Part shown: piece after piece, positions 17,665 through 26,412 of the stretch
Layout of the letters: every line of letters begins with the position of its first letter
Numbering within the stretch: the stretch's first letter is position 1
Assembly: GCA_018714105.1 (NCBI GenBank)
Contig: DVNW01000012.1
Span: forward strand, 38,592 to 102,591
DNA from: Candidatus Faecicola pullistercoris
GTDB taxonomy: Bacteria; Bacillota; Clostridia; Christensenellales; CAG-917
Length of the DNA stretch: 64,000 bases
Reading direction: 5' to 3'
Program-made: the position numbers and the translations under genes
Notes under the pieces: generated by a model
The model's database searches: none
What the model was told of the DNA's origin: nothing
The model's input: only the letters and a program-made list of their open reading frames with translations

Positions 17665-18785
17665 TTTTGTTGCCCTCCTCTTTCTTCCTTGCACTTTTTT
17701 GCCAGCAAGTCGGCGTATTCCTCGTCGGAAAAAGGCAGAGATATTTCGCGTCCCGTCCATTCCGACATATACATCGCGTTTATTATTTCAAGAGCGTTCA
17801 GCCCTTCCTCTCCCCGCGCCGTCAGCAAGCCGACGTCGTTGCGGCAGGCGGCCTCGGTAAAACTTTGCAGCACGTTACGCTGTTGCCCGAACAGAGCGTC
17901 CTTAACCGCGCGTATTCCGTAAAATCTGCGCCGCCTTTTATAACCCGTCCGCCCGTAACCCTTTTCGGTGCGTGCGTTGACCTCGGGTTCGGAAAGCCTC
18001 AGCAAATCGTATTTCATTGCGCCGCCCGTTATCACTATGCGTCCCTTGTCGCCGGCAATTTCCAGCCTGTTGGTCCCCGGAAGCTCATGCGTGGAGGCCG
18101 TGAACACCAAATCGAAACCGTCATAACTTACCAAAGCCGTAACGTCGTTTTCGGTGGTGATGTTTCTGCCTTTGGTCTTGCACTTCGCATATACTTTTTC
18201 GGGCCGCCCGAGAAGCCAGCACAATATATCCAGCTGATGCACGCACTGATTTATCAGCGTGCCTCCGCCCTCGCCGTTCCAGCTGGCGCGCCAGCCGCCC
18301 TGATTATAATACGCCTGCGAACGGTACCAGTGAGTCACGGTAAAGTTCACTCGCTGTATTTTGCCTATTTCACCGCCCTCGATGAGCCTTTTGGCTTTTA
18401 TGTACATCGGGTTGGTGCGCTGATTGTACATTATCCCGAACAGAGCTTTGCTTTTACGGGAGTCGGCCACAAGTTTTCTGCCCTCTTTCACGGTTACGGT
18501 AAGCGGCTTCTCCACAAGAGTGTGTATGCCCTTTTCCAGAAAATACGAGGCTATTTCGGCATGTTTATAGTGTTCGGTTGCGATTATCACGCAATCGGGC
18601 TTTTTCGCGGCAACTTCCCTGTAATCGGCCGTGCAAAACACCTTTTTCCCCGCAAAATATCGGGTTTTCTCGCAGTCGGTATCGCATACGGCTATAAGTT
18701 TCGCGCCCTTTACCCGCCCTTTAAGCAGGTTCAAGGCGTGCCTTTTTCCCATGCGCCCGACTCCGACTACTGCCCAGGTTATCAT
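17661..18785 (-). CDS. Gfo/Idh/MocA-family oxidoreductase (paralog B)
   Basis: N-terminus WAVVGVGRMGKRH, VEKP motif, and strong block similarity to the 15553-16713 product. Confidence 0.85.
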   Translation of the reverse strand: MITWAVVGVGRMGKRHALNLLKGRVKGAKLIAVCDTDCEKTRYFAGKKVFCTADYREVAAKKPDCVIIATEHYKHAEIASYFLEKGIHTLVEKPLTVTVKEGRKLVADSRKSKALFGIMYNQRTNPMYIKAKRLIEGGEIGKIQRVNFTVTHWYRSQAYYNQGGWRASWNGEGGGTLINQCVHQLDILCWLLGRPEKVYAKCKTKGRNITTENDVTALVSYDGFDLVFTASTHELPGTNRLEIAGDKGRIVITGGAMKYDLLRLSEPEVNARTEKGYGRTGYKRRRRFYGIRAVKDALFGQQRNVLQSFTEAACRNDVGLLTARGEEGLNALEIINAMYMSEWTGREISLPFSDEEYADLLAKKCKEERGGQQK

Positions 18786-19417
18786 AATTTTTCGTATGCC
18801 TCTCTGGCCGTTACCGGCTCATTAGTGGTAATGTTGTCGGGCCCGAAAGCAAGCAGCCTTGCCTGTTCGGCCGCGTCGTCTACCGTATATACGGACAAAC
18901 CGAGCCCCGCTTCCTTCGCCGCCTTCATGAATTCGTCGGTGGCGTATTTCTTGTGAATGTTTATTCCTCTGAAACGGGGATTGCCCGTTGCATCGATTAT
19001 TTTTTTAATTTCGGCGGCGTTTTCGGGCGTAATGCCTATATCCTTGAAGTTAAAGGTATTGAGCCATACCTCGCCCGCGTCCACGATTTTGCTGTCTTCC
19101 AGCGTTACCGCACCCGTAAAATATATATTGTCCTGCGCGCCTACTTCCTTTGCAAGCGCGATCACGTCGGCGGTAATGCCCTTTTTCTTGACGTCGCAGT
19201 TAACTTTAAGTCCCGCCATTTTCACGATTTCCAACGCCTCTTTAAGCGTAATTTTGTTCTTTATCGAAAACAACGCGGGCAGATGAGACAGGTAAAGCAC
19301 GCCGTTTCTTTTCCAGATATCTATTTCCAGCGCGTCGGCGCGATATTTGTCGATATTGTCGAAATACCTGCGCGTATTTCTTCCCGTGCCCAAGGCACCT
19401 CCGTGTGCAGTAATCAT
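18782..19417 (-). CDS. glycerophosphodiester phosphodiesterase (GDPD)-like protein, short form
   Basis: N-terminus MITAHGGALGTGRNT...ALEIDIWKRNGVLYLSH resembles the GDPD/PI-PLC-X catalytic start (H-R...E-D...H). 211 aa. A 4-nt overlap with the downstream gene. Confidence 0.65.
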   Translation of the reverse strand: MITAHGGALGTGRNTRRYFDNIDKYRADALEIDIWKRNGVLYLSHLPALFSIKNKITLKEALEIVKMAGLKVNCDVKKKGITADVIALAKEVGAQDNIYFTGAVTLEDSKIVDAGEVWLNTFNFKDIGITPENAAEIKKIIDATGNPRFRGINIHKKYATDEFMKAAKEAGLGLSVYTVDDAAEQARLLAFGPDNITTNEPVTAREAYEKL

Positions 19418-19418
19418 T

Positions 19419-20372
19419 TCAGACCTCCGTATAATATGGACTTGTCAGAGCAAGTTCGGTATTCTCTCCGTTTATTCTGCCGCTGACTTTGATATAAAAA
19501 TATCCCTTATCTGTCTTGCCCGAATAATACAGTTCGCTACCGTCCGCCTTAATATCGAGCGCACTGCCCGTAACGGTGATTGCGTTTATCTCGACGTCGT
19601 ACTCTTTTGCATAATCCGGGTTTAAAACCGCTTTCACGCTAAGTTCAACCTCGTTTTCGGTTATAACTTCGCTAAGTTCGTATTTTCTGCCGCCCGCAGT
19701 GAGCGATATTTCAAGTTCAACTCCCGACGAAATATACGTGCGCCCCGCCTTTACCGCTTCCACCATCTTACGGGCGGTCAGCTCGCCTTCCGCTCCGAGA
19801 TATGTTGCCGAGTACGGAGGGCACCCCTCGTCGGGACAGTGCCAGTCGTATCCGTATACCGCCGCTATGCGCTCGCCGGCGTCCAGCCGTTCTTTCCAGA
19901 GCGTTTCGGCCTGTCTGTTGGCCGCGTCCCTGTTCTGGTTAAAATGACTCCACACCTCGATACCCGAAAGTCTGCCGTAGTCAAGAGCGTCAAAATCGTT
20001 GTGGCAGCCGCAGCATATCGCCCCCCCTATGCGAGTGGGATGACACAGCACTACCGCGTCGCCGGCAGCTTTGGCCCGCTCAATCATAGCGTTGACGTTA
20101 TCGGGATTAACCTCGCGCCAGTCTACGGGACTTTTGCCGCCCAGCACAGTGATATGCCCGTAGAAAGTAGTCCATTCCATACCTTCCGTTACTGTTATGC
20201 CCGCTTTGTCCCCCGCCGCTTTTATGCGCGGATAGGCAAACCTGGTGTTGTGGTCCGTAGTTGCAATGCCCGCATAGCCGCGCTTGACCGCGTTGGCGAC
20301 AAGCTCCTCTGGCGTCATTATCCCGTCGCTCCACAAGGTATGGGTGTGAAGTTCGCACTTATAATATTTCAT
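19419..20372 (-). CDS. PHP-domain metal-dependent phosphoesterase (CehA/McbA-like) with a C-terminal beta-rich extension
   Basis: CELHTHTLWSDG...ATTDHNT is the PHP metal-binding signature. I take the start at the ATG at 20372 (GGAGGG RBS 6 nt upstream). Confidence 0.8.
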   Translation of the reverse strand: MKYYKCELHTHTLWSDGIMTPEELVANAVKRGYAGIATTDHNTRFAYPRIKAAGDKAGITVTEGMEWTTFYGHITVLGGKSPVDWREVNPDNVNAMIERAKAAGDAVVLCHPTRIGGAICCGCHNDFDALDYGRLSGIEVWSHFNQNRDAANRQAETLWKERLDAGERIAAVYGYDWHCPDEGCPPYSATYLGAEGELTARKMVEAVKAGRTYISSGVELEISLTAGGRKYELSEVITENEVELSVKAVLNPDYAKEYDVEINAITVTGSALDIKADGSELYYSGKTDKGYFYIKVSGRINGENTELALTSPYYTEV

Positions 20373-20823
20373 CGCTGCCCTCCACAATAACTCTTACCGT
20401 TACCTTTCCCGTTATTATACAGTTCATGCTTAACGTGATTTTCCATTTCCCGCTTGTTACGGGAGCGGGACGGAAACCGTAAGCGCTCTCCCGTTCGTTA
20501 ATGAAATGCTCCTGCACGGGCGCGTGGCGGTGAGCCGTACCCAACCAACCGTCGGGGCTGTCCACCGACAGCGAAATGTGGTTTTTAAGAGGCAGAAAGT
20601 ATTTTAAGTCCTTCTCCTCGAACGGCGCGTACCAGGCGTCTTTTTTCAGAACTTCGCGCACAATTGCGAGGCTGGCCGTTTCGTCGTCGAAATCTTTTGG
20701 CGAATAAGCGATTTTTATGCGGATTTCTTTAAGCCCTTCGGGCACGTCGAACGGTATCTCTTTGTGCGTGTGGTTGTCGGCGTTGAAATATTCCTTTGTA
20801 AAGTCTGCCAGTACCTTTTTCAT
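20359..20823 (-). CDS. hypothetical protein (154 aa), coupled to the PHP phosphoesterase
   Basis: A clean ORF inside the operon whose 3' end overlaps the PHP gene start by 14 nt. I recognise no motif in it. Confidence 0.6.
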   Translation of the reverse strand: MKKVLADFTKEYFNADNHTHKEIPFDVPEGLKEIRIKIAYSPKDFDDETASLAIVREVLKKDAWYAPFEEKDLKYFLPLKNHISLSVDSPDGWLGTAHRHAPVQEHFINERESAYGFRPAPVTSGKWKITLSMNCIITGKVTVRVIVEGSDEIL

Positions 20824-20831
20824 ACTTTCCT

Positions 20832-22115
20832 TTACTTTATATCGGGTATTTCTTCCGCGGTTACCAAACGTCCGCCCTCTTTTCTTGAAAGCTCTGCCGC
20901 CGTTACTATGCGGTGGCTTTCGACCGTGTCGCTTATCCAGGTGTACTGAATATCGGGATCGCTTTTGTTTTCGAGCATTGCCACCGCCGCTTTCATCAGC
21001 CCCTGATCGCCGCCGTAATGGCCGCGCACGACGGGTATAAGATTAACCCTTATACGTCGCTTCCTGCCGTCGAAGGGTATGAATTCGAGTATGCTGTGAC
21101 TGTCGTCCGCTATAAGTTCGCCCTTAGTTCCGCGGATTTCGGTATGACGGTGATTTTTCTCGTTGAACGCGGTTACCGTCATCGTGCATTTCACGCCGTT
21201 TTCAAACTCGATATTTACAGTCTGATTGTCCACTACGTCGTTGTCGCAACGGTATACGCAACGGCCGAACAGCTTGCCTTTTTCGCCCTCGACAAGGGAT
21301 TTTGCTATATCGGCCCGGGATTTGGACTGACAGAACGCATAAGTGCCCCACGGGAATTTCTTTTTGCGCAGAATACCCTTTCTGCGGCCTATGTACTGAT
21401 AAAAAGCGTCGTACATACAGGTGTCGTGATATTTACAGTCCTTGCAGGCCGCCGCGCTGCCTTCGGGAGCGTTTTCGGCCTTGAAGTACCTGAGATCGCC
21501 GTACGAGTTGAGTTTTTTGAACTTGCTGCCCGTATACCAGTGCAGTATGTCCATATCGTGACAGCATTTTGCAAGAAGCATGGGCGAGGTTTCCTCCTCT
21601 CTGCGCCAGTTGCCTCTCACATAGCTGTGAGCAAAATGCCAGTAGCTTATGTTTTCGTCGTGTTTTATGGTAATTATGTCGCCGAGCACTCCGCTGTCAA
21701 TCATCTCTTTTACCCTGCGATAGTAAGGGGCATACCTCAGAACGTGGCAGACAAGCACTTTCAATCCCTTTTCGCGGGCGGTGCGCTCAATTTCGAGGCA
21801 CTCGCCGATAAAAGGACTTACGGGTTTTTCCATAATGATGTTATACCCGAGTTCGAGCGCCTTCATAGCGTGACCGTAATGGTCCCTGTCCTGAGTAGCT
21901 ATAATGATGGCGTCGGCTACTTTGCCCTGCGCGAAAAACTCCTCGTCGCTTGTGAAGCAGCCGCTGTCGGGCACGTTCCACGCAGTTTTGACCTTGTCTA
22001 TTTTGTTTTGGAATTTGTCGCAGACGCTGACTATGGCAATGTTCTTCATTTTGGCGAGATGCCCGCCGTAATTTTTGCCTCTGCTGCCTAGTCCTAATAC
22101 CGCTACTTTAATCAT
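20832..22115 (-). CDS. Gfo/Idh/MocA-family oxidoreductase, long form with a Cys-rich insertion
   Basis: N-terminus MIKVAVLGLGSRGKNY, the MEKP motif, and the insertion AAACKDCKYHDTC...CVYRC. AGGTGA RBS. Confidence 0.8.
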   Translation of the reverse strand: MIKVAVLGLGSRGKNYGGHLAKMKNIAIVSVCDKFQNKIDKVKTAWNVPDSGCFTSDEEFFAQGKVADAIIIATQDRDHYGHAMKALELGYNIIMEKPVSPFIGECLEIERTAREKGLKVLVCHVLRYAPYYRRVKEMIDSGVLGDIITIKHDENISYWHFAHSYVRGNWRREEETSPMLLAKCCHDMDILHWYTGSKFKKLNSYGDLRYFKAENAPEGSAAACKDCKYHDTCMYDAFYQYIGRRKGILRKKKFPWGTYAFCQSKSRADIAKSLVEGEKGKLFGRCVYRCDNDVVDNQTVNIEFENGVKCTMTVTAFNEKNHRHTEIRGTKGELIADDSHSILEFIPFDGRKRRIRVNLIPVVRGHYGGDQGLMKAAVAMLENKSDPDIQYTWISDTVESHRIVTAAELSRKEGGRLVTAEEIPDIK

Positions 22116-22155
22116 AATTCACCTATAACAACGTTTTAAGTTTTAAAAATCGTAT

Positions 22156-22977
22156 TTAAACTCCCGAATATGCGCTGAAACCGCCGTCTATCGGTACTAC
22201 TATGCCGGTTACGAAACCGCTCTTCTCGTCGTCGGTGAGCCATAAGAGAGTGCCGAGAAGTTCCTCGGGCTTGCCGAAACGGCCCATGGGCGTGCCGCGC
22301 AGGATTTTTTCGCTTCGGGCGGTAAGCGTACCGTCCTCGTTATAAAGAAGGTTATAGTTCTGATGCGTTACGAAAAAGCCGGGGGCTATGGCGTTTACCC
22401 TTATGCCGGCGGGCGCGAAATGCACGGCAAGCCACTGCGTGAAGTTGGAAACCGCGGCTTTTGCTCCGCTGTATGCGGGTATCCTGGTAAGGGGACGGAA
22501 AGCGTTCATCGAACTGATATTGATTATGTTGCCCCCTCTGTCCACCATATCGGCTACGAAAACCTGAGTGGTAAGGAAGGTCGCCAGAAAATTGAGCTTG
22601 AATACGAAATCCACCGCGCCGCCGTCAAGGTCGAAGAAGCTTTTAACGTCGGGATTTTCCATATCGGCTTTATCGAAAACGTCGTGGCTCGTATTGCCCT
22701 TGGGGTTGTTTCCGCCCGCGCCGTTGATAAGCAGATCGCAAGGACCCAGGTCCTTCAATATGCTTAAACGCACGTTTTCCATATCGGCTTTTTCAAGGCA
22801 GTTGGCCTTGTACGCTTTGGCCTCGCCGCCCTCTTTGACTATCTCGTCGGCCACCTTTTCGGCCGCTTCCTTATTAAGGTCGAGAAGAGCCACCTTGTAT
22901 CCTTCCTTTGCGTATGCCTTTGCTATCGTACTGCACAGTACGCCGCCGGCTCCCGTGATTACAGCTACTTTTTTCAT
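22156..22977 (-). CDS. uxuB: SDR-family oxidoreductase, probable D-mannonate/fructuronate oxidoreductase
   Basis: TGAGGVLC cofactor motif and YSGAK catalytic motif. It lies immediately downstream of uxuA, as YjmF-type SDR UxuB does in Firmicutes. Confidence 0.7.
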   Translation of the reverse strand: MKKVAVITGAGGVLCSTIAKAYAKEGYKVALLDLNKEAAEKVADEIVKEGGEAKAYKANCLEKADMENVRLSILKDLGPCDLLINGAGGNNPKGNTSHDVFDKADMENPDVKSFFDLDGGAVDFVFKLNFLATFLTTQVFVADMVDRGGNIINISSMNAFRPLTRIPAYSGAKAAVSNFTQWLAVHFAPAGIRVNAIAPGFFVTHQNYNLLYNEDGTLTARSEKILRGTPMGRFGKPEELLGTLLWLTDDEKSGFVTGIVVPIDGGFSAYSGV

Positions 22978-24027
22978 TTATTTACCCTCCTTGCTTTGCT
23001 TTTCGATTGCTTCTATCAACCCCCACAGATACATGGCGCCCAGCGCGCGGTCATACAAGCCATAACCGGCCTTGCCCTCTTCGCCCCATATCATTCGGCC
23101 GTGGTCGGGCCTTATATAGCCGTCGAATCCCGTTTCTTTCAGGGCTTTTATTATTTCGTACATATCGAGACTGCCGCACGCGGAAATGTGTCCGCTTTCC
23201 TCAAAGCATTTTTCGCCGGTTATTTTAATGTTTCTGAGATGAACGAAGGGCATGCGTCCCGCGCAGGCCTTGATTATATCCACAAGATCGTTGGACGTGC
23301 TTACTCCCAAAGAACCGGTACACAGCGTGATGCCGTTGGACGGACTGTCCACTATGTCGAGAAAACGTTTTAAATTTTTCTTGTCGGTGATAATTCTGGG
23401 CAGGCCGAAAATTCCCCACGGCGGATCGTCGGGATGAATTGCCATTTTGATGCCTGCTTCCTCGGCAACGGGTATTACGGCTTTAAGGAACACGGCGAGG
23501 TTTTCCCACAGTTTTTCCTCGTCGATACCGCTGTACTTGTTGAGAAGCTCTTTCAGCCCCGCCTTGGTGTAACTGCTGTCCCAACCGGGAAGGTCGAGGT
23601 CGCTGGTCAGCGGATTCATTGCAAGAACGGTTTTATGATCGTACGCAAGCGCGTTGCTTCCGTCGGCGTTTTCCTTTTTAAGCTCGCTTCTGAGCCAGTC
23701 GAACACGGGCATGAAGTTGTAACATATGCATTTTACGCCCGCCTCGCCGAGTCTTCTGACGTTTTCTTTATAATTTTCGATATATCTCGCCGCGTCGCCG
23801 CTTCCGAGTTTGATGTCCTCGTGAACGGGTACGCTTTCGATTACCTCGAACGAAAGCCCTTCGCTCTCCGCCGCCGTTTTGAGCGCGTTTATGCTTTCCC
23901 TGCTCCATACTTCGCCCACAGGCGTGTCGTATACCGCGGTTACCACGCCGCTCATGCAAGGTATCTGTCTTATGTATTTAAGGCTTATCTTATCGTCAAG
24001 ACCGTACCATCTGAAAGTCATTTTCAT
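22978..24027 (-). CDS. uxuA: mannonate dehydratase
   Basis: The N-terminus MKMTFRWYGLDDKISLKYIRQIP is typical of UxuA. 349 aa. GGAGGA RBS. Confidence 0.9.
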   Translation of the reverse strand: MKMTFRWYGLDDKISLKYIRQIPCMSGVVTAVYDTPVGEVWSRESINALKTAAESEGLSFEVIESVPVHEDIKLGSGDAARYIENYKENVRRLGEAGVKCICYNFMPVFDWLRSELKKENADGSNALAYDHKTVLAMNPLTSDLDLPGWDSSYTKAGLKELLNKYSGIDEEKLWENLAVFLKAVIPVAEEAGIKMAIHPDDPPWGIFGLPRIITDKKNLKRFLDIVDSPSNGITLCTGSLGVSTSNDLVDIIKACAGRMPFVHLRNIKITGEKCFEESGHISACGSLDMYEIIKALKETGFDGYIRPDHGRMIWGEEGKAGYGLYDRALGAMYLWGLIEAIEKQSKEGK

Positions 24028-24039
24028 AATTATGTCCTC

Positions 24040-25404
24040 CTATATCAGTTTCTTTGCGTTACCGTAGCAAAGGTCTGTTGCCGTTTTTTTGATATCGTCC
24101 ATATTGCTTTCGTCCGCATAGCCCGCGAGATATTCGGCCACTATCTGCCTGTAATATCCGTGCCTTACGTAGCTTAAAAAGCTGCGGCTGTCGGTAAGCA
24201 TGCCTACCATGGTGTTCACGTGAGAAAGTTCCCCCAGCGCGTTGAAACTTTCGGTCATGCCCCTCTTATGGTCGTTGAACCACCACGCTATGCCGAGATG
24301 TATTCCCCTGAACGAACCTATCAGCGTAATGAGCCCGTAATACATTGTGGGATTAAGCGTATAGATTATGGTTTCGGGCAGGCCGTCCGCCTTTTCCATT
24401 TCGTCGAACATAGCCGCAAGGACGTTTACGCTTATCGGATCGCCAACGCTGTCGAAGCCGCTGTCAGCACCGAGTTTTTTATACATCGCGCTGTTGTTGT
24501 TGCGCCTTACCGCTACGTGCATCTGCATCACCATGCCGCGCTTTTTGTATTCGGCGGCAAGTTTTACGATAATGTAGCCCAAAAACGCTTTGAGCTCGTC
24601 AAGTCCGACCTTCTTGCCCCCGAGCGCCTTTACGAAAGCCTTTTCGGCTTCCTCCCTGCATGCCGTTCCGTCCGGGAACACGGGTATACCCATGTCCGAA
24701 AATCTGCAGCCCATACTTACGAAAAAGTCCAAACGCCTGCTTACCGCTTCTTCGTAATCGGCAAGAGAACGGATTTCAATGTCCGCCGCCGCCGAAAGTT
24801 TTTTGAGATATTCCGTATAGTCGGGAGCGTCTATCATTATCATCCTGTCTACCCTGAACGAGGGTACGACTTTGGCCTTGACCTTGCCTTCCGCCGCTAT
24901 CAGGCCGTGATATTCGAGGCTGTCTGCGGGATCGTCGGTTGTGGCGATATATTCCACGTTAGAGCGTTCGATAAGTTTTACGGGGCTGAGTTGTTCGCCG
25001 CGTATTTCAGCCTCGGTAAGCTCCCATATCTTATCGGCGTTTTCCTTTTTGAGCGGAAGAGTTATGCCGAAATACTCCGAAAGTTCCAACCTTACCCAGT
25101 CGCGTACGGGGTTGCCGTAGGCAGTGGATACCGCTTCGATAAACGCGTTGAACTTAGCTTTGTAATCCGCGTCGCCCGTAATGTATTTTTCGTCGATTCC
25201 GTATGCACGCATAAGGCGCCATTTGTAATGGTCGCCCGCAAGCCACATCTCGCCTATGTTGCCGAAAGGCTTGTCCTCGTATATTTCTTTGGGGCTGAGA
25301 TGGCAGTGATAATCTATTACGGGTAAATCCTTTACCGCTTCGTAAATTTCCCGGCCTCTCTCGCCCGTTATGAAATTAACGCCGCTATCTCTGAATTCTG
25401 CCAC
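24040..25404 (-). CDS. uxaC: glucuronate isomerase
   Basis: Contains LPVIDYHCHLSPKEI...GDHYKWRLMR. I prefer the GTG start at 25404 (GGAGGG RBS 8 nt upstream) over the track's TTG at 25422. Confidence 0.9.
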   Translation of the reverse strand: MAEFRDSGVNFITGERGREIYEAVKDLPVIDYHCHLSPKEIYEDKPFGNIGEMWLAGDHYKWRLMRAYGIDEKYITGDADYKAKFNAFIEAVSTAYGNPVRDWVRLELSEYFGITLPLKKENADKIWELTEAEIRGEQLSPVKLIERSNVEYIATTDDPADSLEYHGLIAAEGKVKAKVVPSFRVDRMIMIDAPDYTEYLKKLSAAADIEIRSLADYEEAVSRRLDFFVSMGCRFSDMGIPVFPDGTACREEAEKAFVKALGGKKVGLDELKAFLGYIIVKLAAEYKKRGMVMQMHVAVRRNNNSAMYKKLGADSGFDSVGDPISVNVLAAMFDEMEKADGLPETIIYTLNPTMYYGLITLIGSFRGIHLGIAWWFNDHKRGMTESFNALGELSHVNTMVGMLTDSRSFLSYVRHGYYRQIVAEYLAGYADESNMDDIKKTATDLCYGNAKKLI

Positions 25405-26407
25405 TGCCGTCGCCCTCCGCAAGACGCTTTACCTCGGCTACCGTAACTATGTTGAAATCGCCCTCGACGGTCTGCTTTATGCAGGACGCCGCCGTCGCGA
25501 ACTCGATAGCCTCCGCGTTCGAATAACCGTTTTTAAGCGCGTAAATGAGTCCCGCGCCGAAGCTGTCGCCGCCTCCTACTCTGTCGACTATGTCTATCAC
25601 GTAATTTTTGGATTTGAAGACGCTTTCGCCTTCGCACAGCACGGCGGACCAGCCGTTAACGCTGGCCGATATGCTCTCTCTCAGCGTAAACGCCGTCTTC
25701 TTTACGCCCGGGAAGCGCTTCATTACTTCGCGCGCTACCTTGCCGTATCCCTCGGCCGACAGTCTGCCGCCCGTTATGTCGCTGCCCTCGGCCTGTATGC
25801 CGAACACGTCCTTGACGTCTTCCTCGTTGCTTATGAGCACGTCCACGTATTTGACGAGTTCGGTCATGACCTTGTTGGCCTTTTCGCGGCTCCACAGTTT
25901 TTTCCTGTAATTGATATCGCACGAAACCGTTATGCCCTTTTCCTTTGCGGCCTTCGCAAGCGCGAGAGTAAGCTCGGCCACTCCGTCCGAAAGCGCGGGA
26001 GTAATGCCCGTAACGTGGAACCACTCTACCCCATCGAGAACGGCGTTTACGTCCACGTCGGCAAGAGTAAGCCCGGCTGCCACGGACCCCGCCCTGTCGT
26101 ATATGATTTCGCTGGCGCGCTGCGCGCAGCCCTTTTCGCAAAAATAGATGCCCATGCGCCCGCTCCGGCGTACTATCGCACCAGTATCGACGCCGAAACC
26201 GCGCAATACGTTTACGCATTTGTCCGCAATTCTGTTATCGGGAAGTCCGGTGAGATATTTTACCTGCTCGCCCATCTGCGCGAGAGATACCGCCACGTTT
26301 GCTTCCCCTCCGCCGTACACGGCCTCGTAAGCCTCGGCCTGCATGAAACGCTTATAACCGAAAGGCTGTAACCTTAACATTATTTCACCGAAAGTAAGTA
26401 TCGCCAT
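25385..26407 (-). CDS. kdgK: 2-dehydro-3-deoxygluconokinase
   Basis: Contains LTFGEIMLRLQP...YGGGEANVAVSL. PfkB family. I take the start at the ATG at 26407 (AGGTGA RBS). Confidence 0.88.
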   Translation of the reverse strand: MAILTFGEIMLRLQPFGYKRFMQAEAYEAVYGGGEANVAVSLAQMGEQVKYLTGLPDNRIADKCVNVLRGFGVDTGAIVRRSGRMGIYFCEKGCAQRASEIIYDRAGSVAAGLTLADVDVNAVLDGVEWFHVTGITPALSDGVAELTLALAKAAKEKGITVSCDINYRKKLWSREKANKVMTELVKYVDVLISNEEDVKDVFGIQAEGSDITGGRLSAEGYGKVAREVMKRFPGVKKTAFTLRESISASVNGWSAVLCEGESVFKSKNYVIDIVDRVGGGDSFGAGLIYALKNGYSNAEAIEFATAASCIKQTVEGDFNIVTVAEVKRLAEGDGSGRIQR

Positions 26408-26412
26408 TTCTG

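Noticed and set aside
17655-18956. 433-aa plus-strand ORF, one of the longest in the track
   Set aside because: It is entirely antisense to a Gfo/Idh/MocA gene and the GDPD-like gene, both of which have clear family motifs and RBSs. Its translation is low-complexity (R/F/G/A-rich) with no RBS and no recognisable domain.
20359-20372. The overlap of the 154-aa ORF with the PHP gene read as a frameshifted pseudogene
   Set aside because: The PHP ATG has a strong GGAGGG RBS at ideal spacing inside the overlap, and both frames are otherwise intact. Two coupled genes are the simpler reading. Homologue comparison would still be needed to rule out a split domain.
20913-22091. 392-aa plus-strand ORF
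   Set aside because: It is antisense to the 427-aa Gfo/Idh/MocA oxidoreductase, and its sequence does not look protein-like. The same reasoning applies to 4427-5590, 5490-6461, 16846-17922, 24220-25326, 25370-26371, 34226-35239, 35122-36147, 36279-37565 and 37578-38525.
25404-25422. Track start (TTG at 25422) for uxaC, and similar N-terminal extensions of eda (27096), the TIM-barrel gene (17760), GH36 (41202), manA (9822) and the methyltransferase (45575)
   Set aside because: In each case an internal ATG or GTG has a proper GGAGG-type RBS, while the extension runs into the upstream gene or promoter and adds residues with non-conserved character.
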